A DNA stretch of 63,263 nt. Source: Saprospiraceae bacterium. GTDB lineage: Bacteria > Bacteroidota > Bacteroidia > Chitinophagales > Saprospiraceae. The stretch covers positions 1 to 63,263 of the forward strand of contig JAYSQG010000007.1 of NCBI GenBank assembly GCA_043721685.1, read 5' to 3'. This document shows positions 1-7,850 of the stretch, in pieces (the stretch's first letter is position 1; the number at the start of each line of letters is the position of its first letter). A program made the translations under genes and the position numbers. Below the pieces are notes generated by a model. It saw nothing but the letters and a program-made list of their open reading frames with translations. It was not told the DNA's origin and did not search any database.

Positions 1-60
1 GGTCAATGTGTGTGGGCGCAAACGCGACCCTCTACCTGCCATTGGGATGATGATTTTCAT
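1..60 (-). CDS. partial CDS (first 20 codons, continues off the left edge): sugar-phosphate nucleotidyltransferase-like
   Basis: The reverse strand reads MKIIIPMAGRGSRLRPHTLT, a G-x-G-S-R-L type N-terminus typical of NTP-sugar transferases. It is absent from the ORF track because the window edge truncates it. Confidence 0.45.
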   Translation of the reverse strand, partial: MKIIIPMAGRGSRLRPHTLT

Positions 61-131
61 AATTGTGTATTGAGTTTTCGTCGTTTTTTATTGATAATAT
101 AGGTTCTAAATTGGGCTGTGTTTACTGTTAT

Positions 132-566
132 TTATTGTGTACCTGTACTGCCAAAACCGCCTGCACCGCGTTGAGTCTCGTCTAAGACGCTCACTTCTTC
201 CCACGTGATGCGTTCGTGTTTGGCAATCACCATTTGTGCTATACGTTCGGCTGGCTCAATTGTTTGCGTTTCGTTGGACAAATTGACTAAAATGACCTTG
301 ATTTCACCTCTATAGTCAGCATCAATAGTGCCAGGAGTATTCAGACAAGTCAAGCCTCGTTTGGCTGCCAAACCACTGCGGGGGCGAATTTGGGCTTCAA
401 ATCCTTGAGGTAATGCAATAAATATGCCTGTTGGAATCAGGCTGCGTTCAAGAGAACCCAAAGTTATCGGTTCGTCTATGTTGGCACGTAAGTCCATGCC
501 CGCAGAGCCGTCGGTTTCGTAGTTAGGTAAGGCGTTTTTAGAGCGATTGATGATATTGACGGTCAT
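132..566 (-). CDS. dut: dUTP diphosphatase
   Basis: 144 aa with the classic trimeric dUTPase motifs ([31 protein letters not shown]). Confidence 0.95.
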   Translation of the reverse strand: MTVNIINRSKNALPNYETDGSAGMDLRANIDEPITLGSLERSLIPTGIFIALPQGFEAQIRPRSGLAAKRGLTCLNTPGTIDADYRGEIKVILVNLSNETQTIEPAERIAQMVIAKHERITWEEVSVLDETQRGAGGFGSTGTQ

Positions 567-607
567 AAAATATTTTTAAAATGAATTAAATAATAATGTG
601 AGGACAG

Positions 608-615
608 CGAAAGTA
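608..615 (-). promoter_or_regulatory. candidate Bacteroidota -7 box (TACTTTCG on the reverse strand) upstream of dut
   Basis: The plus strand reads cgaaagta, 42 nt upstream of the dut ATG. The same gcgaaagtag string recurs upstream of the skp-like gene at 4558. Confidence 0.35.
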
Positions 616-833
616 GTGACTTTATACCATTCTTTGGCTATCCTAAAATCAATTTTTGATTAATTTTTTGTGCAACTATGGCATTAAGCCCTCTACCACT
701 ATATTATTATGATGACTAATAAAAAACATCAAATTCATTACTTTGGATTTATTGCATCTCCCTTTTTTCTATTTTGAGATACGAATACTGAGGGGGGATT
801 CAATCCAAACCTATATCATCCATACCTTTTTCC

Positions 834-841
834 TACCTTTG
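834..841 (+). promoter_or_regulatory. candidate -7 box TACCTTTG upstream of pepD
   Basis: Exact TAnnTTTG match 32 nt upstream of the ATG at 874. Confidence 0.45.
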
Positions 842-873
842 CACCCTCAATAATCTAATCAATCATAAAAGAA

Positions 874-2337
874 ATGAACGAAGTCATCAGACAATTAGAA
901 CCCACCGCCTTATGGAACCATTTTGCGGATTTAAACGCCGTACCACGTCCATCCAAAAAAGAAGAACGGGTCATCCAATTTATCAAATCGTTTGGCGAAG
1001 CCTTAAAACTGCCCACAACGGTTGATGCGATTGGCAATGTCATTATCAAAAAGCCCGCAACAAAGGGTATGGAATCAAAGGAAACGGTCGTATTGCAAAG
1101 CCATTTGGATATGGTGCATCAAAAGAATGCAGACACGACTTTTGATTTTGACAAACAAGGCATTGACATGTATGTGGACGGTGATTGGGTAAAAGCCAAA
1201 GGCACAACGCTTGGCGCAGACAACGGCATTGGTGTGGCGACGATTATGGCGCTTTTAGCATCAACCGATATTCCGCACCCTGCTTTGGAGGCATTGTTTA
1301 CCATTGATGAAGAGACAGGTATGACGGGTGCATTGGCATTTGAAGGCGGTTTGCTCGATGGAAATATCATGCTCAATTTGGATACCGAAGAGGACAACGA
1401 ACTGACAATCGGTTGTGCAGGCGGTATTGATGTTACGGCAACAGGAACATACCCCTCAGTAAAAACGACAAAAGCAGCCGCTTTTCGCCTTAAAATAAAG
1501 GGTTTAACAGGCGGTCACTCAGGTATGGACATCCACAAAGGACGTGGCAATGCCAATAAATTGATGAATCGCTGCTTATTGATACTCGTTCAAGATGCCG
1601 CCGTTGAGGTCGCAACCATTGAAGGCGGCAGTTTGCGCAATGCCATTCCTCGTGAATCGGTAGCGGATATTGTGGTTTCTGACAACCAAACAGCTCAAGT
1701 AAAACAAGCCATTGAGCAATATCAAAGCATTTTACAAGCAGAATACGCGACAACTGACCCCAATATCCATATCTCAATTGAAGCCATTGACACACCAACA
1801 CATGTCCTGTCGTCTGATTTCACCTACAAACTTTTAAGAGCCATTTATGCGTGTCCAAACGGCATTTACCGCATGAGTTCAGACATTGCGGGTTTGGTAC
1901 AAACGTCTAATAATGTCGCTCGTGTTGTGGTCAAAGAAGGTCATTATGCTATTTTATGCTTGACTCGTAGTTCAGTTGACTCTGAAAAGACGGACTTACA
2001 AATGGCTATTACATCGGCTTTCGACCTATTGGGTGCAGAGGTGACTTATGGCGGTGCATACCCCGGTTGGGCACCCAAACCGTCATCGCCTATTGTCAAA
2101 TTGATGAGCGAATTATATGTGGAACGTTACAACGAAAAGCCTTTAGTCAGTGCTTGTCATGCAGGTTTAGAGTGCGGCATATTGGGCACTCATTATCCAG
2201 ATATGGAGATGATTTCGTTTGGACCTAATATCCACGGCGCACACTCGCCTGATGAACGGGTGCAAATTAGTTCAGTACAGAAATTTTGGGGCTTTTTCTT
2301 GGAAACGTTGGTGCGGATTCCCCCCAACGAAGCGTAG
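874..2337 (+). CDS. pepD: aminoacyl-histidine (Xaa-His) dipeptidase, M20 family
   Basis: 487 aa. The N-terminus LWNHFADLNAVPRPSKKE, the HLDMV motif and the FTIDEETGMTGA metal-ligand block are typical PepD. Confidence 0.9.
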   Translation: MNEVIRQLEPTALWNHFADLNAVPRPSKKEERVIQFIKSFGEALKLPTTVDAIGNVIIKKPATKGMESKETVVLQSHLDMVHQKNADTTFDFDKQGIDMYVDGDWVKAKGTTLGADNGIGVATIMALLASTDIPHPALEALFTIDEETGMTGALAFEGGLLDGNIMLNLDTEEDNELTIGCAGGIDVTATGTYPSVKTTKAAAFRLKIKGLTGGHSGMDIHKGRGNANKLMNRCLLILVQDAAVEVATIEGGSLRNAIPRESVADIVVSDNQTAQVKQAIEQYQSILQAEYATTDPNIHISIEAIDTPTHVLSSDFTYKLLRAIYACPNGIYRMSSDIAGLVQTSNNVARVVVKEGHYAILCLTRSSVDSEKTDLQMAITSAFDLLGAEVTYGGAYPGWAPKPSSPIVKLMSELYVERYNEKPLVSACHAGLECGILGTHYPDMEMISFGPNIHGAHSPDERVQISSVQKFWGFFLETLVRIPPNEA

Positions 2338-2444
2338 AAACACACCTGCTGAGGCGATAGGGCATTGTAACATGCGACTCTGAATATGCGTTTACTTGGA
2401 AAAATAAATTAGCACAATAATTTAAATGAGAATAACGCTGGTAA

Positions 2445-3281
2445 ATGAAATATAGAATCCTCTGCTTATTTTTTATGAGTGTACTCGTGCAAGGAAAAGC
2501 ACAAACGAGCGCAAACGAAGAGTCAACGGATAACCGATTGGATAGCCTCGAATCAGAGGCTAAAACCCATGCGTTTATCGAAATCAATGGCAGTTATGTG
2601 TCTTCTGTTGCGTATTATGGACGTACTGAGGGGATCAATCAATACGGATTGTCACCGATGATAACAGGACATTTAGGCAAAGGGTGGTCATTGAGTTATG
2701 GAGGCAATATTTGGTCGGCAGCACAACCCCGTTATGCTTTTTCGACAATTGGCATCAACAAAGATTTTAACATGGGTGCTTCCGGCGAGGGTACTATTGG
2801 TTACAGTCGGTGGTTGTCTCACACCAGCGATCCGAGTCAAAAAAGCGATTATACAGGCTCTATTGACTTGGATACGCACTGGAATATAGGCGACTTTACA
2901 TTAGGCAACTATGCATCAGTGCTTCTCGGCGGGAGTAGTGCCTTTTTTTTAGAACCATCTATTGACTATCAAATATCCAATCGTTTTGGTCGTCAACGCC
3001 TTTTTACATGGACAATTAATCCATCTATAACGGCAACCTTAGGTAATGATGTCGTCACACGTGTCGCCATCAAAAAGTTGAAAAACATCAATAAACTTAG
3101 GGGAAAAACAACTTTTGGTTTATTGAATTACGATGCTGCTGTAGATGCTACGCTAACGTATAGGCATACCGATCTTTCGTTTGGGTATCATTACAATATC
3201 CCTCAACATACGGTTGCCCCCAATCCCACCAGTCCTTTTAGCTACGTGGAAATCTCTTTGAGTCAATGGTTTGGGTTGTGA
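2445..3281 (+). CDS. hypothetical secreted, possibly outer-membrane beta-barrel protein
   Basis: 278 aa with signal peptide MKYRILCLFFMSVLVQGKAQ and alternating aromatic/Gly-rich beta-strand-like composition. No family recognised. Confidence 0.5.
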   Translation: MKYRILCLFFMSVLVQGKAQTSANEESTDNRLDSLESEAKTHAFIEINGSYVSSVAYYGRTEGINQYGLSPMITGHLGKGWSLSYGGNIWSAAQPRYAFSTIGINKDFNMGASGEGTIGYSRWLSHTSDPSQKSDYTGSIDLDTHWNIGDFTLGNYASVLLGGSSAFFLEPSIDYQISNRFGRQRLFTWTINPSITATLGNDVVTRVAIKKLKNINKLRGKTTFGLLNYDAAVDATLTYRHTDLSFGYHYNIPQHTVAPNPTSPFSYVEISLSQWFGL

Positions 3282-3406
3282 TGGACTGATGTCCCTTTTT
3301 AGGGGGCTTATACTGAGGGGGGCATTTTTTTTAAAAAATTATCACCAATGTGAAGTTAGCGAGGTGTCATAACAACGTTTTGTTGTTTTTAAAACGCCTT
3401 AAAGTG

Positions 3407-3847
3407 TCATTTTTTAGGCCTTTTCCCATTCTTGTTTTTAGTCATAACTGCTGTTGCCGATATTTCGACATGTCCATTACGTGGCAATGCCGCAACTTGA
3501 ATACAAGTACGGGTCGGAAAACGTGTGGTGAAATAGGTGCGATAAACGGCATTCAAGCGGTCATAATCATTCATGTCTTTAAGGTAAATAATGACGCTGA
3601 CAACATCATCGAAAGTCAAGCTTTTATCGGTCAATACATCTTTGATGTTTTGCATGGATTGATGCACCTCTGTCTCAAATGTTTCGTCCATGAGTTTACC
3701 ATCCTTAGTCCCTAAATGACCAGAGATAAAAAGAAAACCATTCGCTTCAATCGCTTTTGAGTAAGGTACTGAGGGGGTCGTTGTTTGACCTAAAAGGCAT
3801 GTAGATAAAGCCATGAAGAGGCATAAACTTAGATAGACCGTTTTCAT
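3407..3847 (-). CDS. RidA/YjgF/UK114 family protein with signal peptide
   Basis: 146 aa. The core GFLFISGHLG ... TRTCIQVAALPRNGHVEISA is characteristic of the family. Confidence 0.85.
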   Translation of the reverse strand: MKTVYLSLCLFMALSTCLLGQTTTPSVPYSKAIEANGFLFISGHLGTKDGKLMDETFETEVHQSMQNIKDVLTDKSLTFDDVVSVIIYLKDMNDYDRLNAVYRTYFTTRFPTRTCIQVAALPRNGHVEISATAVMTKNKNGKRPKK

Positions 3848-3990
3848 TGTTTGCTATTTTAAATGTGTGAAATACAAGGCGTAAGTTCTACAATTTAGAT
3901 GAAAGTGAGTATAATTGAGCATATAAAAAATGAGCGTTGAACCATTCGACTGTTCAACGCTCATTCTTAAAATGGTTTTCAAGTATGAAA

Positions 3991-4503
3991 TTACTTCAAA
4001 CCCAACTTCTTTTTCACCAATTCACTCACATCATCGCTTTCAGATGCGAATAAGGTATTGCCTGTACTGCTGTCAAAAATAGCTTGATAACCACCCTCTT
4101 TTCCGATAACGTCCAAAGCCTCGTCGAGTTTAGCGAGAATGGGCTGAAGCAATTGACGACGCAAGTTTGCGATGCGTTGATCGATTTCATGCGAGTAGTT
4201 TTGAAGGACTTCTTGCTTCTTTTTCAAGTCCTCTTGCCGTTTTTGAATTTGGACTTGCGACAGCGTACCAGCGTTGTACGCTTCAACAAAAGCTTTGTAT
4301 TCCGTTTCAAAAACCTTACCTGCCGAGTCTCCTTTCGCCACTAATTCATTGCGATAAATGACCAAACCACTATCGGCTTTAGCTGCATCGGGCATCAAAG
4401 CCAAGATGTTTCCAGAATTCAAATGCCCAATCTTTTGAGCTGTCATGGCTTGTGTCGCCATCAGAAGTACCGTTAATACGAGAACGATTTTACTTATTTT
4501 CAT
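3991..4503 (-). CDS. OmpH/Skp family periplasmic chaperone
   Basis: 170 aa with a signal peptide. The KIGHLNSGNILALMPD start and long coiled-coil region are typical of Bacteroidota OmpH. Confidence 0.85.
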   Translation of the reverse strand: MKISKIVLVLTVLLMATQAMTAQKIGHLNSGNILALMPDAAKADSGLVIYRNELVAKGDSAGKVFETEYKAFVEAYNAGTLSQVQIQKRQEDLKKKQEVLQNYSHEIDQRIANLRRQLLQPILAKLDEALDVIGKEGGYQAIFDSSTGNTLFASESDDVSELVKKKLGLK

Positions 4504-4557
4504 TGCTAAAATTTAATTATTTGCTAATTCATTACATAATATAGACGTAAAACGGGG

Positions 4558-4565
4558 CGAAAGTA
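4558..4565 (-). promoter_or_regulatory. candidate -7 box (TACTTTCG on the reverse strand) upstream of the skp-like gene
   Basis: The plus strand reads cgaaagta, 55 nt upstream of the ATG at 4503. Confidence 0.35.
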
Positions 4566-4738
4566 GCGTTTTATTTGATAATTGGTAGTGTTAATTTTAG
4601 GATTTTGAACCATTAACATAACGCATAACACCCCTCAGTATAAAGTCCATAGACGTAAAACATTGTTAAAAGTCGCAGCATTGACACAAGTTTTACAATA
4701 CAAAAGAATACGTGTGTGAATTCAGTTGACTATAAAAC

Positions 4739-4775
4739 AACATGGGTCATAAGCCAATCGCTCATAACCCATGTT
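4739..4775 (-). terminator. hairpin downstream of the PspC-domain gene
   Basis: A perfect 9-bp stem (aacatgggt / acccatgtt) with a 19-nt loop. It is followed on the reverse strand by TTGTTTTAT. Confidence 0.45.
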
Positions 4776-4778
4776 TTC

Positions 4779-4814
4779 CTATCTCACCTATCTCACCTAT
4801 CTCACCTATCTCAC
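4779..4814. repeat. tandem repeat (CTATCTCAC) x4
   Basis: Four perfect head-to-tail 9-nt units, 14 nt downstream of the PspC-domain gene stop codon. Confidence 0.9.
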
Positions 4815-4827
4815 TATGCAAACGATT

Positions 4828-6444
4828 TTACCGTTTTCTTTTCTTATTCTTCCGAGTATTGACATCTGCTTCAGTTAGCGTACATACAAAGCCGTTTTCA
4901 GTCATTTTCCAAGAACGGATAGTGCTGTCATAACAATAGTCGTCGTTATCATCATCGTCGTCTCTGTCAATAGAATGAATGACACCCGTTGTGTTTTTGT
5001 TATATCTAATAACTTTACCATCAGGCACTTTGAGCGTTAAATCAACGCTTTGTCCCCGCCATTTAGTCCCTTTTGGTATCCGAAATGATTCACCAACTGT
5101 CAAAACATTGCCTGATAGGGATGGGGTGTATTGGATGCTTTTTGCAAACCGTTGGGCTTCATCAGAGGAAGAACCTTGTGACATAAGATTACTAACCAAC
5201 TCAAATTTACCATTTTCGCTGCGCTCAATACGCATATTGACATCAAAATTGACAAGGTACTCGTCAGACACATAGAGGTCGCCGAAGTGGATGCCGCCAT
5301 TTGCCTTGTTCAAAGCCACTGCAATGTCCAGTGTGTCAATATTAGAAATATTTAATTCCTGTGTGTTGTCATAGTGATACGTAAAGTTTTTAGCCATCGA
5401 GCCACCAATCGAAATAAGGGCGAAGAAATTAATAGCTAAAAACGTCCATAAACCACCGACTATGCCGTATCCAGCCTCCCGCTTATACACAAGGCGGCGA
5501 ATCGCTAAAATCAATAACGCCGAAATAGAAGCCATTATCGCAAAGGCATTGAAGCCTGCCCATGTCGTTTTCCACCCTTCATCGGTGATATAACCTAATA
5601 TTGGAGACCCCATACTGGCGGCAATGGTCAAGCCAAACCATGATATAAGCATAAAAATAACCAAAACAATCGCTATTAAGATACCGAAAACACGACCCAC
5701 GCCCCCCAATCCTGATAATAAGGCTTTGAGTACATTGCCAACATTGGTTACAATTTGCTGTACTTGATGTTGAAAACGCTCTTGATTCTCTGGTTTGCCA
5801 AACTCATTGACCTTTTCAGAGAACTTCTCGAAACTGGTTTCAACGGTTTTCGCAATGTTATTGACATCAATAGGCTGCCCCTGCATAGCTAAACGGTCGG
5901 CAGTCGTCTTTGCTGACGGCAAAACTGCCCACAAAATGACGTAAAGGATAAAACCTGAGCCACCGAAGAAAAACAAGACTGCCCAGGCAATGCGTAACCA
6001 CACCACTTCAATGCCAAAATACGCTGCCAAACCCGAACAAACACCACCGATCATCTTATGCGCATCATCGCGGAAAAGGCGTTTACCTGTTTGGAAAGGC
6101 GTGCCGCCTGTCGACGAACTTGATTTTTTAGACCCCTCAGTATTTCCACTATCAGAAGCCTGCGATGCTGTTTCGTCAAGGGATTCTGCACCGAAGTCTT
6201 CGGGTTTACCCATGACACTGACGGCATTTTTGACATCTTGTTGCGTCACGATGCCCCGTTTGCCCATGCCCTCTTTGATGAGTTCGGCTAAACGAGCTTC
6301 AATGTCGTTCATGATTTCATCATACCCTTCCGAAGCTCGAAAGTGGTTATGAAGCGATTGTAAATAGTTTTCTAACATTCGGTAGGCTTCGTCGTCAATC
6401 GTAAACGGCAAACCTCCGAGGTTGATATTGAGTACTTTATTCAT
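4828..6444 (-). CDS. PspC domain-containing membrane protein
   Basis: 538 aa. It carries the PspC domain (KMIGGVCSGLAAYFGIEVVWLRIAWAVLFF) followed by several TM helices. It sits immediately downstream of a PadR regulator, a common pairing. Confidence 0.85.
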   Translation of the reverse strand: MNKVLNINLGGLPFTIDDEAYRMLENYLQSLHNHFRASEGYDEIMNDIEARLAELIKEGMGKRGIVTQQDVKNAVSVMGKPEDFGAESLDETASQASDSGNTEGSKKSSSSTGGTPFQTGKRLFRDDAHKMIGGVCSGLAAYFGIEVVWLRIAWAVLFFFGGSGFILYVILWAVLPSAKTTADRLAMQGQPIDVNNIAKTVETSFEKFSEKVNEFGKPENQERFQHQVQQIVTNVGNVLKALLSGLGGVGRVFGILIAIVLVIFMLISWFGLTIAASMGSPILGYITDEGWKTTWAGFNAFAIMASISALLILAIRRLVYKREAGYGIVGGLWTFLAINFFALISIGGSMAKNFTYHYDNTQELNISNIDTLDIAVALNKANGGIHFGDLYVSDEYLVNFDVNMRIERSENGKFELVSNLMSQGSSSDEAQRFAKSIQYTPSLSGNVLTVGESFRIPKGTKWRGQSVDLTLKVPDGKVIRYNKNTTGVIHSIDRDDDDDNDDYCYDSTIRSWKMTENGFVCTLTEADVNTRKNKKRKR

Positions 6445-6575
6445 TTTCTTTTTTGATTATGGATGATAGATTGTTGAATCTTAAATCCGTTTTTACTTGT
6501 TAAAGTGTTGATTTTTAAAGCTTTTTCTTTGACATACTATGGTACATCCCGAGACAATCGGGAGGTGGTTTGTTT

Positions 6576-6908
6576 TCAATCGTCTAAAAACAATTTATCA
6601 ACAGAGCCGACAAAATCGCGCCATGCTTCCAGTAGTTCAGCACGGAAGCTGCGTCCAGCGTCTGTAATTTTGTAATATTTGCGCGGTGGTCCCGCGTCAG
6701 ACTCCTGCCATGAGTAGCCTAAATGACCCGAATTTTTGAGTCTTGTCAACATCGGGTACAATGTTCCTTCGACGACTTCGATGCCCACATCATTCAAAAG
6801 CTCTCTGATGGTAGCGGGATATATCTCGTCGTGCGCGGCGATAATGGAGAGGACGCATAGCTCCAGAACTCCTTTTCGCATTTGCTGTTTTGCATTTTCT
6901 GTATTCAT
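6576..6908 (-). CDS. PadR family transcriptional regulator
   Basis: 110 aa with a winged-helix core (LCVLSII ... YPATIRELL ... EGTLYPMLTRLKNSGHL ... RKYYKITDAG). Confidence 0.9.
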   Translation of the reverse strand: MNTENAKQQMRKGVLELCVLSIIAAHDEIYPATIRELLNDVGIEVVEGTLYPMLTRLKNSGHLGYSWQESDAGPPRKYYKITDAGRSFRAELLEAWRDFVGSVDKLFLDD

Positions 6909-6912
6909 GGTG

Positions 6913-6920
6913 CAAAGATA
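6913..6920 (-). promoter_or_regulatory. -7 box TATCTTTG (reverse strand) 4 nt upstream of the padR ATG, implying a leaderless mRNA
   Basis: The reverse strand reads TATCTTTG-cacc-ATG. Confidence 0.5.
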
Positions 6921-7035
6921 TGGTTATTGTAAGGTATTATGCAACACATGGTACTGTGCTTTGGTAGATTATTTTTGAGGTTTCGTCGAGAGTTGCGAAA
7001 TTTTTTATGATTGTTAGCGGATTCACCTAAAAATA

Positions 7036-7067
7036 TTTGGAAAAGGTTATCCAATGAGATAACTTTG
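7036..7067 (+). promoter_or_regulatory. Bacteroidota-type promoter of higBA (-33 TTTG, -7 TAACTTTG)
   Basis: TTTG at 7036-7039, a 20-nt spacer, then TAACTTTG at 7060-7067. The ATG lies 4 nt further on at 7072. Confidence 0.55.
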
Positions 7068-7071
7068 CAGA

Positions 7072-7404
7072 ATGAGAAAACTCATTGCATATAAACGATA
7101 TTTTTTGGATTTTTACGAAAATCAAACCGATGACGTTCAAAAAAAGATTGAATGGACATTGGGGTTAATGCGTGATTTACCTAAGATTCCTGAAAAATAT
7201 TTTAAGCATATCGAAGGAACAAAAGGTTTATATGAGGTCAGGGCTCAAGTCGGTAGTAATATCTATCGCATTTTTTCTTTTTTCGATAAAGGTCAAATTG
7301 TCATATTAGGCAATGCTTTTCAGAAAAAAACACAGAAAACACCTAAGGAAGAAATCAAATTAGCACTAAAAATTATGGCTGAATATTTCAGCGAAAAATC
7401 TTAA
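7072..7404 (+). CDS. higB: type II toxin, RelE/HigB (Gp49-like) family
   Basis: 110 aa. The motif GLYEVRAQVGSNIYRIFSFFDKGQIVILGNAFQKKTQKTPKEEI is the Gp49/HigB-like pattern. It lies 5 nt upstream of an XRE antitoxin gene. Confidence 0.8.
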   Translation: MRKLIAYKRYFLDFYENQTDDVQKKIEWTLGLMRDLPKIPEKYFKHIEGTKGLYEVRAQVGSNIYRIFSFFDKGQIVILGNAFQKKTQKTPKEEIKLALKIMAEYFSEKS

Positions 7405-7408
7405 TATT

Positions 7409-7717
7409 ATGGAAAAAGCAGTAAATATTACAACATTCGAAGAAATTCTTGACCGTAAATACGGTGAACGAGGTACTTCAAACCGGGAACAATGGGAACA
7501 GGAATTTGAAGCCTTTAAAATTGGTGTTCTCATTGAAGAAGCACGACTTAAACTGAATTTAACACAACAAGACCTTGCTGACCGTTGTGGTACTTCTAAA
7601 TCATATATTTCACGTATTGAAAACAATGCTTCTGATATAAGGCTTTCAACTTTGATGCGTATAATTAACAAGGGATTTGGTGGAAAACTGATGATTTCTC
7701 TTGATTTGGTTTCATAA
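7409..7717 (+). CDS. higA: XRE-family HTH antitoxin (HigA-like)
   Basis: 102 aa with the HTH LTQQDLADRCGTSKSYISRIENN. Confidence 0.85.
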   Translation: MEKAVNITTFEEILDRKYGERGTSNREQWEQEFEAFKIGVLIEEARLKLNLTQQDLADRCGTSKSYISRIENNASDIRLSTLMRIINKGFGGKLMISLDLVS

Positions 7718-7738
7718 TATTGAATGTTACAGTTCAAT

Positions 7739-7784
7739 AAACAGGCATCATCCACTAATCGTAGCTGATGCCTGTTTCATTTTT
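7739..7784 (+). terminator. intrinsic terminator after higA
   Basis: A 12-bp perfect stem (aaacaggcatca / tgatgcctgttt) followed by tcattttt. Confidence 0.7.
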
Positions 7785-7850
7785 ACATTTCTCAACAATT
7801 ATTCGGCTCAACAACCTAAATTTGGCATTCTAAAATCGTCAAACAGCATA

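Noticed and set aside
4742-4933. A 63-aa ORF contains PISPISPIS.
   Set aside because: It is an artefact of translating the 9-nt tandem repeat, and it overlaps the PspC-domain gene end.
6547-6563. The hairpin tcccga-gacaa-tcggga between padR and the PspC-domain gene might be a fourth copy of the 19-nt palindrome family.
   Set aside because: Only the outer TCC...GGA is shared. The stem sequence and length differ, and there are no motif halves or direct repeats at the flanks. It is more likely an unrelated intercistronic hairpin.
7366-7755. A 129-aa ORF lies antisense to higB/higA.
   Set aside because: It overlaps two well-supported genes and has low-complexity composition and no recognisable domain.
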